Of a DNA stretch of 64,000 nucleotides, positions 9,129 to 17,547 are shown piece by piece. A model generated the notes under the pieces. It saw only the letters and a program-made list of their open reading frames with translations. It was not told the DNA's origin and searched no databases. This DNA is from an uncultured bacterium. GTDB taxonomy: Bacteria; CSSED10-310. How positions within the stretch are numbered: position 1 is the first letter of the stretch; each line of letters starts with the position of its first letter. The stretch lies in assembly GCA_964404285.1 (NCBI GenBank), contig CAYOJK010000010.1, forward strand, positions 10,303 through 74,302. Direction: 5' to 3'. Position numbers and translations under genes: made by a program.

Positions 9129-10523
9129 TTATCCTACCCTGGCCTTCATTTTTAAGGCAGGTCCCCCTATAGCGACCCGAACCTGTTCCTTATGCCCCTT
9201 TTGACAGGTTCCCAAACCCATGAACCCTAAAGTATCCCCAACCATTGTGATCGATTTCAGCAGGTCAGGAACGAAACCAGTTATGACGACCGGGGAATAA
9301 ATCTTGCCGGTCAGTTTCCCGTTTTTGATTTCCTCCGCAAACGGTGATTCGACTTGAATACCCCAGCTTTTAGGGTCTTCCATACCATTGCTCCCATCCG
9401 GCATATATAAACCGTTGTCGATTGAAGCGATCATCTCCTCGATCGTGTGTTTTCCCGGCGCAAAATAAGTGTTGCTCATCCGTGCATACACTTTATTGGC
9501 ATAGGATTCACGTCTTCCGTTAGCTGTGCGAGGCATATTCAGCAACATGGCGGAACGTTGATCCGTCAACACCCGTCTCAACACGCCTTTTTCCAATATA
9601 TGTGTTTCCGAAGCCGGAAAACCCTCATCATCGAAAAAGTAGCTGGCTGACCAGCCCGGTAAAGCCGGGTTGTCAATCAAATCGACGATAGGAGATGCGA
9701 CGGTCTGATTCATGAAATGCGCCGCCATGGCTCTTTTGTTGACAAACATATCGGCTTCAACACCGTGTCCAAACGCTTCATGAGCGATAACTCCGGCTAA
9801 TGCCGGCCCACCCGCAACATCGTAAACGCCGGGTTCGACATGTTGAGCATGCAGCAATTTCTCAGCGTTCACCACGATCTGATTCAGATCATCATCGGAA
9901 ATTCGAGCGACTTCGAATCCACCCTGAATTCCGTTGCCTCCATGATAGACCTTGGAGGTTTTCCCGTCTGTGACTATCACTCCTGGAACACAAATAGCGC
10001 TGACCAATTCCTGGAAGAGCTGTTTGTTGCGATTGACATAGACCTTTCGATCGATTCGTTCACCATATCGGATATACGCTGAAGCAATCTTCGGACTCAT
10101 TTGCGACAACCGAGCTTGCATCGATTTCAAATGGTCCAATTTGTCCTGGTTCGACAACAGGCGCGGATCTTCTTGGCTAAACGAAAAGAAATCGCCTTCC
10201 CAGGAATCACCGGGTTCCGGCGCTGGACCTTTTTGGACCGGTATAGCGGTTTTAAGCCGCTCAACCAGCGCTTTCAAATTGGTTCGACTGATATCGGAAG
10301 ATGCCAGCTCAGCGTAATACATCCCATTGAAAACCGATAAAACGGCGCCTCGACGAGGCGGCTGAGATCCAATGGAAACAAATTTGCTGGAAAGTGATAT
10401 TCCTATGCCGTCTTGCTCTGTAAACAATGCTTGAGCAAAAGGAAATTTCGTTTCCAAGGCTTCCACCGCTTCCGCCAGGTCAATTTTGATTGACTGCAGG
10501 TATTCAGGAACGGATTGTTTCAT
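9129..10523 (-). CDS. tldD: TldD-family metallopeptidase (catalytic subunit)
   Basis: 464 aa. HEAFGH zinc motif, FDDEG, TANGRRESY...RMSNTY, C-terminal CQKG...V.IGGP. Confidence 0.92.
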   Translation of the reverse strand: MKQSVPEYLQSIKIDLAEAVEALETKFPFAQALFTEQDGIGISLSSKFVSIGSQPPRRGAVLSVFNGMYYAELASSDISRTNLKALVERLKTAIPVQKGPAPEPGDSWEGDFFSFSQEDPRLLSNQDKLDHLKSMQARLSQMSPKIASAYIRYGERIDRKVYVNRNKQLFQELVSAICVPGVIVTDGKTSKVYHGGNGIQGGFEVARISDDDLNQIVVNAEKLLHAQHVEPGVYDVAGGPALAGVIAHEAFGHGVEADMFVNKRAMAAHFMNQTVASPIVDLIDNPALPGWSASYFFDDEGFPASETHILEKGVLRRVLTDQRSAMLLNMPRTANGRRESYANKVYARMSNTYFAPGKHTIEEMIASIDNGLYMPDGSNGMEDPKSWGIQVESPFAEEIKNGKLTGKIYSPVVITGFVPDLLKSITMVGDTLGFMGLGTCQKGHKEQVRVAIGGPALKMKARVG

Positions 10524-10752
10524 TCAATAATCCTCTTTTTATAAAAAAATTGGGGTTTTATTTTCTCGCGAAAGCCGATCGATCTCGGTTCGCAGAAAAA
10601 GCAGTGTATTCAGGCGCGACAGTGAAGTCAAACAGGGGTGACAGGCAAATCGACGCCGATATTTTTGCAAAGCCTTGTTTCTTTCAGATAAGCTCCGGCC
10701 AGTGAAATCGTTTTCACTTAGAAAAAGTAAGGGGACTTGAGCAGCGTATAAT

Positions 10753-11763
10753 ATGAGCAAAGCAGAATTCATCAACGGGTTGACGGCTTCGATAGACGGC
10801 ATAGCGCAGATGGGTCTGCTGGTATTGATCGGATACCTGATCGTCAGACGCAAATGGATTTCGAATGAGACGCTGACAGATCTGATTCGGATATTGATCG
10901 ACGTAGTCGTTCCTTGCACGTTGATCCTGGCCATGGCGCGAACGTTTACGGTGGATTATTTTCGACAGAGTCTGATTCCGGCCACAATCGGAACTGCCTG
11001 GATTCTTGCGGCCTGGCTGTTCGGCTGGGTATGGTTTAGGTTTTTTCCGGGCGACACGGTTCAACAAGAACGGTCCGTTACCGCGATGATGATGGTCTCA
11101 AATACCATCTATCTGCCGCTGCCGGTGATTCTGGCGGTGACTCCGCCGGAACTGCACGACCCGGCAACCGTCTATATCTCCATAACCGCTATACCCTCCA
11201 TCATCCTGATGTGGACCGTCTGTGTGCTGTTGCTGGCCGGATCGAAGCGCCCCACCCGACGTGAACAGCTCAAAATGACGCTGAATGCGCCGATTCTGTC
11301 GCTGATCTTTGGAATTTTGTTGACTTTTATTCCGGGTATCAGGGAAGCCGCCCGCATGGAACCGGGTTCCTCAACATTGCTAAAAACTCTGTTTTCAGTG
11401 ATGAATCATGTGAACGGAATGTTTTCACCGTTGGCGATGATGATTTTAGGGGGGTTGATCGCCGCCAGCCGTGGAACAGGCAGACCCAAGTGGCGTTACG
11501 TGGTTCCGCTGGTCAGCGTCCGCCTGATTTTGGTTCCAGCAACCGTATATTTGCTGCTCCGCTGCTGCCTGCCGCCGTTGCCGGCGCCGGCACATACCAT
11601 CCTCATCCTGGTTTCGGCCACCCCATCAGCCGTCAATCATTCATTGGCATCACGTCGGTATAACGGGGAGTGGGAACTGGTTTCCGCCCTTCAACTCGTG
11701 ATACATATCGCAGCGCTGTTCACGCTGCCGCTCTGGTTGAGCCTGGGGTTGGCGCCGTTCTAG
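10753..11763 (+). CDS. AEC (auxin efflux carrier)-family membrane transporter
   Basis: 336 aa, about 10 hydrophobic helices. Motifs IDVVVPC, SNTIYLPLPV, LNAPILS, PLAMMILG, ATPSAVN. Confidence 0.85.
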   Translation: MSKAEFINGLTASIDGIAQMGLLVLIGYLIVRRKWISNETLTDLIRILIDVVVPCTLILAMARTFTVDYFRQSLIPATIGTAWILAAWLFGWVWFRFFPGDTVQQERSVTAMMMVSNTIYLPLPVILAVTPPELHDPATVYISITAIPSIILMWTVCVLLLAGSKRPTRREQLKMTLNAPILSLIFGILLTFIPGIREAARMEPGSSTLLKTLFSVMNHVNGMFSPLAMMILGGLIAASRGTGRPKWRYVVPLVSVRLILVPATVYLLLRCCLPPLPAPAHTILILVSATPSAVNHSLASRRYNGEWELVSALQLVIHIAALFTLPLWLSLGLAPF

Positions 11764-11884
11764 AGTGGGTGGATCCTACGTAAAAAGCTGCTTAGCCTGT
11801 TCTATGTGAGAGTGACAAACCGGCGGATAACGCGCATTTGAAAAAATCGGCTTTGGAGATTATAGTTACGGTGGAGTTACTAAA

Positions 11885-12736
11885 ATGCGGCTTACGGCAG
11901 AAATTTATCAAGGTGACTGCAGGGAGCTATTAAAATCGCTTTCTGATAATTCTATTGATTTGATCGTGACATCGCCGCCTTATGCCGATCAGCGCAAACA
12001 GACTTATGGAGGCGTTCATCCAGACAAATATGTAGAATGGTTTCTACCTATTTCCGAGCAGCTTTTACGTGTTCTCAAGCCGACGGGAACATTTATCTTG
12101 AATATAAAAGAAAAAGTCGTCAACGGCGAAAGATCCACATATGCCATCAATCTTATTTTAGAGATGCGCAAACAGGGATGGCTGTGGACGGAAGAATTTA
12201 TCTGGCATAAAAAGAATTGCTATCCCGGAAAATGGCCGAATCGTTTTCGAGATGCCTGGGAAAGACTTCTACAATTTAATAAAAATAAAAAATTCAACAT
12301 GTACCAGGAAGAAGTGATGGTGCCTATGGGAGATTGGGCGAATTCAAGGCTCAGGAATCTGTCCGAAACAGATAAAATCCGAGATATTTCAAAGGTGGGT
12401 AGCGGATTCGGTAAAAACATTTCAAACTGGCTTTCGAGAGATAAAGCTTACCCAACCAATGTATTGCACCTTGCGACTGAATGCGCCAATAAGAATCACA
12501 GCGCTGCTTTTCCGGAAGAATTACCGGAATGGTTCATTAAACTGTTCACAAAAGAGAACGATACGGTTCTTGACCCGTTTATGGGTTCCGGAACAACATT
12601 GATTGTTGCGAATCGTATGAACCGTTATTCAATAGGAATTGAAATTATTTCGGAGTATTGCGAAATGGTTCAAAAACAATTGAAACCTGTTCAACTCCAC
12701 TTATTCAAGGCCGGAGGCAATAGTGAAAAAACTTGA
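11885..12736 (+). CDS. Beta-class amino (probably N4-cytosine) DNA methyltransferase of a type II R-M system
   Basis: Motif IV DLIVTSPPY precedes motif I VLDPFMGSGTT (beta arrangement). HSAAFPEELPEWFI is also present. SPPY is characteristic of N4-mC enzymes. Confidence 0.93.
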   Translation: MRLTAEIYQGDCRELLKSLSDNSIDLIVTSPPYADQRKQTYGGVHPDKYVEWFLPISEQLLRVLKPTGTFILNIKEKVVNGERSTYAINLILEMRKQGWLWTEEFIWHKKNCYPGKWPNRFRDAWERLLQFNKNKKFNMYQEEVMVPMGDWANSRLRNLSETDKIRDISKVGSGFGKNISNWLSRDKAYPTNVLHLATECANKNHSAAFPEELPEWFIKLFTKENDTVLDPFMGSGTTLIVANRMNRYSIGIEIISEYCEMVQKQLKPVQLHLFKAGGNSEKT

Positions 12737-13472
12737 TAGAAATATCGTTATACAATACGTTGAGCAGAATATAAGTGTTTTTCATGAAAAACGGATCAAA
12801 AACCTTGACAAGCTGAAATTGTCACAAGTTTTAAAACGGAAAAATCCTTATTTATTCAAAGCAAAAAATGTAATGACAGCAGAACAAATTATAAAAGGAT
12901 TGGTTGATGCACATATTTCATCAAACGAGGAAACTATTTTTGGAGATTGGCTTGAGGGACTTGCTATCTTCATCAATGCGGAAGTTTTTAATGGCCGCAA
13001 ATCAGGTATTACGGGTATTGATCTAGAATTTGACTATGAAAACATAAGATATATTGTCACGATAAAATCAGGACCCAATTGGGGTAATAGTTCTCAAATT
13101 CGAAAAATGATATCGGATTTTCGGACTGCGAAAAAAACCTTGAGAACAAGTAATTCGCAACTGAAAGTTGTTGCTGTAAATGGGTGCTGTTATGGCAGAG
13201 ACAACAAGCCGGACAAAGGCTATTATTTTAAGTATTGCGGTCAGCGATTTTGGGAATTTATTTCCGGAGATTCGAATTTGTTTACGGACATCATCGAGCC
13301 GCTGGGGCATGATGCCAAAAAAAAGAATGATGTTTTTTTTGAATCATATTCACAAATGATCAATAAGTTCACGATGGAGTTTTCAAAGGAGTTTTGCAAG
13401 ACAAATGGTGCGATTGATTGGAACAAGCTGGTTTGTTTCAATTCAGCCGAAAACCCAATCCAGACAAGGTAG
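12723..13472 (+). CDS. Type II restriction endonuclease (PmeII/EcoO109I-like family)
   Basis: Overlaps the MTase 3' end by 14 bp. KRKNPYLFKAK, ETIFGDWLEGL and PD-(D/E)xK-like GIDLEF...IKSGPNWGNSSQ motifs. AT-rich. The family call is from recalled motif similarity. Confidence 0.75.
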   Translation: MKKLDRNIVIQYVEQNISVFHEKRIKNLDKLKLSQVLKRKNPYLFKAKNVMTAEQIIKGLVDAHISSNEETIFGDWLEGLAIFINAEVFNGRKSGITGIDLEFDYENIRYIVTIKSGPNWGNSSQIRKMISDFRTAKKTLRTSNSQLKVVAVNGCCYGRDNKPDKGYYFKYCGQRFWEFISGDSNLFTDIIEPLGHDAKKKNDVFFESYSQMINKFTMEFSKEFCKTNGAIDWNKLVCFNSAENPIQTR

Positions 13473-13575
13473 AAATCACCCATTTCTGCAATTTGGTTTG
13501 GGAATCGTGTCGTCAAAAAAACTACTTTTTACGCTTGTTTGGATGTTTGTCAGGGAAAGCTATTATCTAGCGACT

Positions 13576-13878
13576 TTAAGCTGCAACATCCTTGATCTCT
13601 ACTGCAAGTTTGAATCCCAGTGAATCAAGAAGCGCTTTTAAACTTGAAAATTGGGGATTGCCCTTCTTGGACAAGATTCTGTAGAGATTTTCCCGGTTTA
13701 GTGATGACTCATGAGCCAAGCGTGATATCCCTCTGGCTTCTGCAACATCACGCAGCGCCAATAAAAAAATCTCCTGAGAACCATCTTCTAGCGCTGCATT
13801 CAGATAGGCAACAGCTTCTTGGGGATCTTTAAGCGACAGCTTCAATCCATCCTCATATTTCACAAATGCTTTTCTCAT
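13576..13878 (-). CDS. Putative addiction-module antidote protein (HI1420/HigA-like Xre HTH antitoxin)
   Basis: 100 aa. LKDPQEAVAYLNAALEDG...FLLALRDVAEARGISRLA...LNRENLYRILS.KGNP.FSSL..LL..LG.KL is the typical pattern. AAGGAG ribosome-binding site upstream. Confidence 0.9.
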   Translation of the reverse strand: MRKAFVKYEDGLKLSLKDPQEAVAYLNAALEDGSQEIFLLALRDVAEARGISRLAHESSLNRENLYRILSKKGNPQFSSLKALLDSLGFKLAVEIKDVAA

Positions 13879-14013
13879 GACATTCTCCTTTTATAATCTT
13901 ACACGGATCCGTGCACGAAAAACGACATCATCAATATCTTTCAGCCATTCCCGAAAAGGGTTCACTCCATTTTCCGTTACATACTCGAACACCGTTTGCG
14001 GTACAGCTTCCAT
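13875..14013 (-). pseudogene. Internally deleted RelE/HigB-like (HI1419-type) addiction-module toxin
   Basis: Not in the ORF track. ATG at 14013 reads MEAVPQTVFEYVTENGVNPFREWLKDIDDVVFRARIRVRL* (40 aa, TAA at 13893-13891), the typical N-terminus of HI1419-type killer proteins. A C-terminal-like remnant DYKRRMS* follows in another frame, and its TGA overlaps the antitoxin ATG. Confidence 0.8.
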
Positions 14014-14048
14014 ATATTATATTGTAGCTTATGTACAACGTTTGTCAA
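14014..14048 (-). promoter_or_regulatory. Promoter/operator of the TA operon, probably leaderless
   Basis: Minus strand TTGACA (14048-14043), N16, TACAAT (14026-14021), N7, ATG (14013). The palindrome TTGTA-N7-TACAA (14022-14038) overlaps the spacer and -10. Confidence 0.6.
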
Positions 14049-14052
14049 GCGT

Positions 14053-15183
14053 TTATTGGGCAATCCACCCTTTTCCAAGGACTCTATCACCCCGATAAAA
14101 AACTGCTGCTTGGCCGGGCGTGATCGCTCGAACAGGCTCGTGAAAAATAACCTCTATAGTTTTGTCCGGGAGACGCTTGACTCCAGCGAGTTGAGCTTTG
14201 TGAGTGGAACGAATCTGGACATGGCATTCCAGGGTCTCATTGCCAAGATCGTCAGCGAGCCAGTTGATATTGTCGGCAATAAATTTACGACGACAGAGCG
14301 CATCACGATTGCCGGTCAAAACGATCGCCGCGTCATTACTGCGAATTTCCTTGACCCACATTGGCCCGGAAGATGCAATTCCAAACCCGCGGCGCTGCCC
14401 TATGGTATATTTATGGATGCCTTCATGATACCCCAGTAGGCGGTCATTTTCGTCCACGACTTTTCCGGGCCGGGCAACACCATCGAACCGCTCACGCAGG
14501 ATTTCCGAAAATTCCAGACCAGACACGGCAAGGCAGGCATCCTGACTGTCGGAGGTTTCCGCTGTCGATAATCCCAGTGATGATGCCAAGTCCCGCACCT
14601 CGTTTTTGGTCATTTCACCAAGAGGAAATTCGATCGATGCCAATTGCTTCAATGTCAGACCAGCCAGAAAATACGACTGGTCTTTTCGAGTGTCGATTCC
14701 ACGCCAAAGTTCCTGCTCACCGGATTTTCCGGCGACAATACGCGCATAATGGCCGGTTACCAATTTCGCCGCTCCCATGTGTTTCGCCCAATCCAGCAAC
14801 AGACCAAATTTTATCCGCTCATTGCATACCAAACAGGGGCTTGGTGTCCGGCCCGAAGCATACTCGTCCCAGGCTGGGCGAAGCGCCAGCGATTCAAACT
14901 CCTGTGAACAGTCCACGATGTGGTGTGGTATGCCCAATTGATTCGCGACGAGTCGCGCACGTTCTTCTCCGGCAGAGCCACCGCAGGCTGAACGATATGC
15001 CGCCGCTTCATCTGAGCGGTGCATTCGTAGCGTCACCCCAATGACCTGACGGCCTTTCCGACACTGTTCCGCCGCGGCAACACTGCTGTCCACGCCCCCA
15101 CTCATCGCGACCACAACAGTATCGATGCCTCCACCGATGGGGATGGAATTAAAAGAATTAAGTGTCGAGTATGATGGTATCAT
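14053..15183 (-). CDS. mnmA: tRNA-specific 2-thiouridylase MnmA
   Basis: PP-loop AMSGGVDSS, TPSPCLVCN, TGHYARI, KDQSYFL, SQDAC, YTIGQRRG, ITPGQAAVFY. Confidence 0.96.
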   Translation of the reverse strand: MIPSYSTLNSFNSIPIGGGIDTVVVAMSGGVDSSVAAAEQCRKGRQVIGVTLRMHRSDEAAAYRSACGGSAGEERARLVANQLGIPHHIVDCSQEFESLALRPAWDEYASGRTPSPCLVCNERIKFGLLLDWAKHMGAAKLVTGHYARIVAGKSGEQELWRGIDTRKDQSYFLAGLTLKQLASIEFPLGEMTKNEVRDLASSLGLSTAETSDSQDACLAVSGLEFSEILRERFDGVARPGKVVDENDRLLGYHEGIHKYTIGQRRGFGIASSGPMWVKEIRSNDAAIVLTGNRDALCRRKFIADNINWLADDLGNETLECHVQIRSTHKAQLAGVKRLPDKTIEVIFHEPVRAITPGQAAVFYRGDRVLGKGWIAQ

Positions 15184-15238
15184 GGTTTCAATTTTGACAA
15201 CTCAGATTTGTTTATTCAAGCTCGGAAGCCATCGATGT

Positions 15239-16735
15239 TTATACCGTCGTCTGCTTAGGGCGGCGGAATAACCCAACAAAGGACACCAGCGCCCTGCGGG
15301 TTTTGTGCAGAAAAACCCTGACACCCTGCTCCCAAATTTGATCATAGGCGACGATCATGAATTTTCCGAAGGGTTTATTATCGTGATGCCGCAATAGAAA
15401 ACCGACAATAGCAGGATGGTTCAAACGCGTCAGGCGCATCAGCCTGTTTAGAGGTGTTTGTTCGTGCTGTATAAAATCTTTGTTCATACATAACAGATGG
15501 GGAGGAATTTCTTTACCGGATTCTTTATAGTCTTCATACAAACGTGTGCCCGGATAGAGCGTCAGAGAAAAAAGATCGATATTGAACGGTTTTTTAAGGT
15601 TCATCAAAACACGCACCGTTTCGGCGCGATCCTCATCGGTTTCGTATGGGTTATCAACGATCACATCGTATGTTCTGGCATGGAGCTTATTGGTAAAATC
15701 ATCCAGCACTGCGGCGGCTCTTTTAAAATCTGCGATGCTTTCAACACGTTTGAAGACACCTTGACTGATACGCTCGGATCCCGATTGAAGCCCCATTTGG
15801 ATACCTATCAAGCCAGCGTCCACCAACATGGCGATGTTTTCGTGAGTGACTTTTTTAGGATGTAATAACACGCCGAAATAGGCGCCGGTCTTTTTGAATT
15901 CTTGGCAAAACTCTTCGATCCAACCGGCCGGCTTGAAGAAAAAGGTGTCATCCATGATGGCGATAGTGTTCACAAATGGATAGGCAGATAATACCTCACG
16001 AATTTCCGTCATAAAATGCTCAACCGACCTGAATCTGTTGGCCCAAGATGTTCCGAACAAGCGTTTCAGCGCATCGCTGCAACAGTAGGTACAGTGGTAT
16101 GGACATCCACGACCGCTCATGATGATATGACGCTGCTCACTCCACGGAAATCCCTGTCGAAACAGTTCTTGCGTAGCCGGTAAAACAGCGTTTTGAACCA
16201 GTATCGAATGATCTTGGATCGAATTGTCCGGCATCGGCAAAGAATTTAAGTCTTCGATCATTTCCGGTGAATTTTTATACAGAGTACCGTTCACGGAATA
16301 CCAGAAATTATGTAAATCGCCGGGAATATTGCCGGATTGTATCGCCGCCATCAATGGCGCTATGGATTCTTCACCTTCGCCGACACAGACAAAATCCGCA
16401 TATTGCAGACATTCTTCCGGTTCAAGGATGCAGTGAATACCACCCCAAATAATCGGAATATTCAGATTTTGTTTTATGATCTGAGTGACTTGTCGCGCCA
16501 GAGCCAAATGAACCGACATGACATTGATGCCGACAGCCAAACATTTTGATTGTTTTACCCACTGAACAACAGCCTTTTCTTGAGTTACAGTCAACAGATC
16601 GAGCGGTTCACGATTCAACCATAAAACCTGTGTCGGTATATTTTGGGCTCGACAGCAGGCCGATATTTGCCTGATACCAAGATCGATAAATGAATTCTGA
16701 ATCGAAATCAGGGCAAGCATAATAGTTTTAACCAA
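15239..16735 (-). CDS. Cobalamin (B12)-binding radical SAM protein
   Basis: 498 aa. B12-binding domain (IIWGGIHCIL...VGEGE), radical SAM motif RGCPYHCTYC, GLQSGS. True start may be the ATG at 16720. Confidence 0.92.
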   Translation of the reverse strand: MVKTIMLALISIQNSFIDLGIRQISACCRAQNIPTQVLWLNREPLDLLTVTQEKAVVQWVKQSKCLAVGINVMSVHLALARQVTQIIKQNLNIPIIWGGIHCILEPEECLQYADFVCVGEGEESIAPLMAAIQSGNIPGDLHNFWYSVNGTLYKNSPEMIEDLNSLPMPDNSIQDHSILVQNAVLPATQELFRQGFPWSEQRHIIMSGRGCPYHCTYCCSDALKRLFGTSWANRFRSVEHFMTEIREVLSAYPFVNTIAIMDDTFFFKPAGWIEEFCQEFKKTGAYFGVLLHPKKVTHENIAMLVDAGLIGIQMGLQSGSERISQGVFKRVESIADFKRAAAVLDDFTNKLHARTYDVIVDNPYETDEDRAETVRVLMNLKKPFNIDLFSLTLYPGTRLYEDYKESGKEIPPHLLCMNKDFIQHEQTPLNRLMRLTRLNHPAIVGFLLRHHDNKPFGKFMIVAYDQIWEQGVRVFLHKTRRALVSFVGLFRRPKQTTV

Positions 16736-16974
16736 TCATATCAGAGAACAAATCTCAAGCATATTCTGACACTTCATCTTCAATTATTTGCCGATAGAGA
16801 ACATCTGATCGGTTGTTCTTATAACTATACCATATCAAATTTTGATTTTAAAACGTCTCTTTTATTGTTATTGAACATTTTCGATAGATAACAAATCTTT
16901 TAAATTTTCCAACTTGTGAGAAACACTGGAAAAAAACGTTTTGAATAGGATAATGTAAAAAGACGGGAGGACCT

Positions 16975-17397
16975 TTGGTGCGCAATACAGTATTTCGAGT
17001 AATCGCTATTCTGATTTCTGTTCTGACAGCTCTATTATTGACAGAAGCCCTTTTATGGCTTCTGTTTCCGCTGCCGTTCGGCAAAAGTGTTCGGGTGACC
17101 CTGGAACAAGATCTGCCAGGGTTATCTCCGGTCATAACCTATGATCGGAATGAAATCGGCTTACGATCCATCAGTATGCGTTCAAGGCAAAAACCCACGG
17201 ATACATTTCGAATTTTGTGCCTGGGCGCTTCGACAACCGATCAGCCGACACAAAACACGTCGGATACCTGGTCAGGCATCTTGGAAACCATGCTGAATCA
17301 AAGGTATGCCGATACAAAATACCACATCGAAGTCGGCGCATACGGACGGGGAGGCGATATAATTCTTCATCTTAAATGCCTATGCCTGTCGAAGTGA
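16975..17397 (+). pseudogene. Truncated membrane-anchored SGNH/GDSL hydrolase (N-terminal fragment only)
   Basis: TM helix, NEIGLR, block I RILCLGASTT and block II (VGAYGRGG), then an abrupt stop at 140 aa. Blocks III (GxND) and V (DxxH) are absent, and I saw no continuation in other frames. Confidence 0.7.
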
Positions 17398-17547
17398 AAA
17401 AGACGGCCACATGTATGTCGCGAAAATAGTGTTTCCCGTTGTAAGCGAAATGATAGATGCTGTTTTTATAAAAAAAGAAAACGTCACGCAATAAACGGGG
17501 TGGCATTGCTTAAAGAATGTTTCAATTATTGATTGATTTTATGAAGA

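Noticed and set aside
10524-10752. RiPP precursor peptide for the TldDE/ATP-grasp or radical SAM genes
   Set aside because: No short ORF with a ribosome-binding site and leader/core character was found here or in the other flanks of the cluster.
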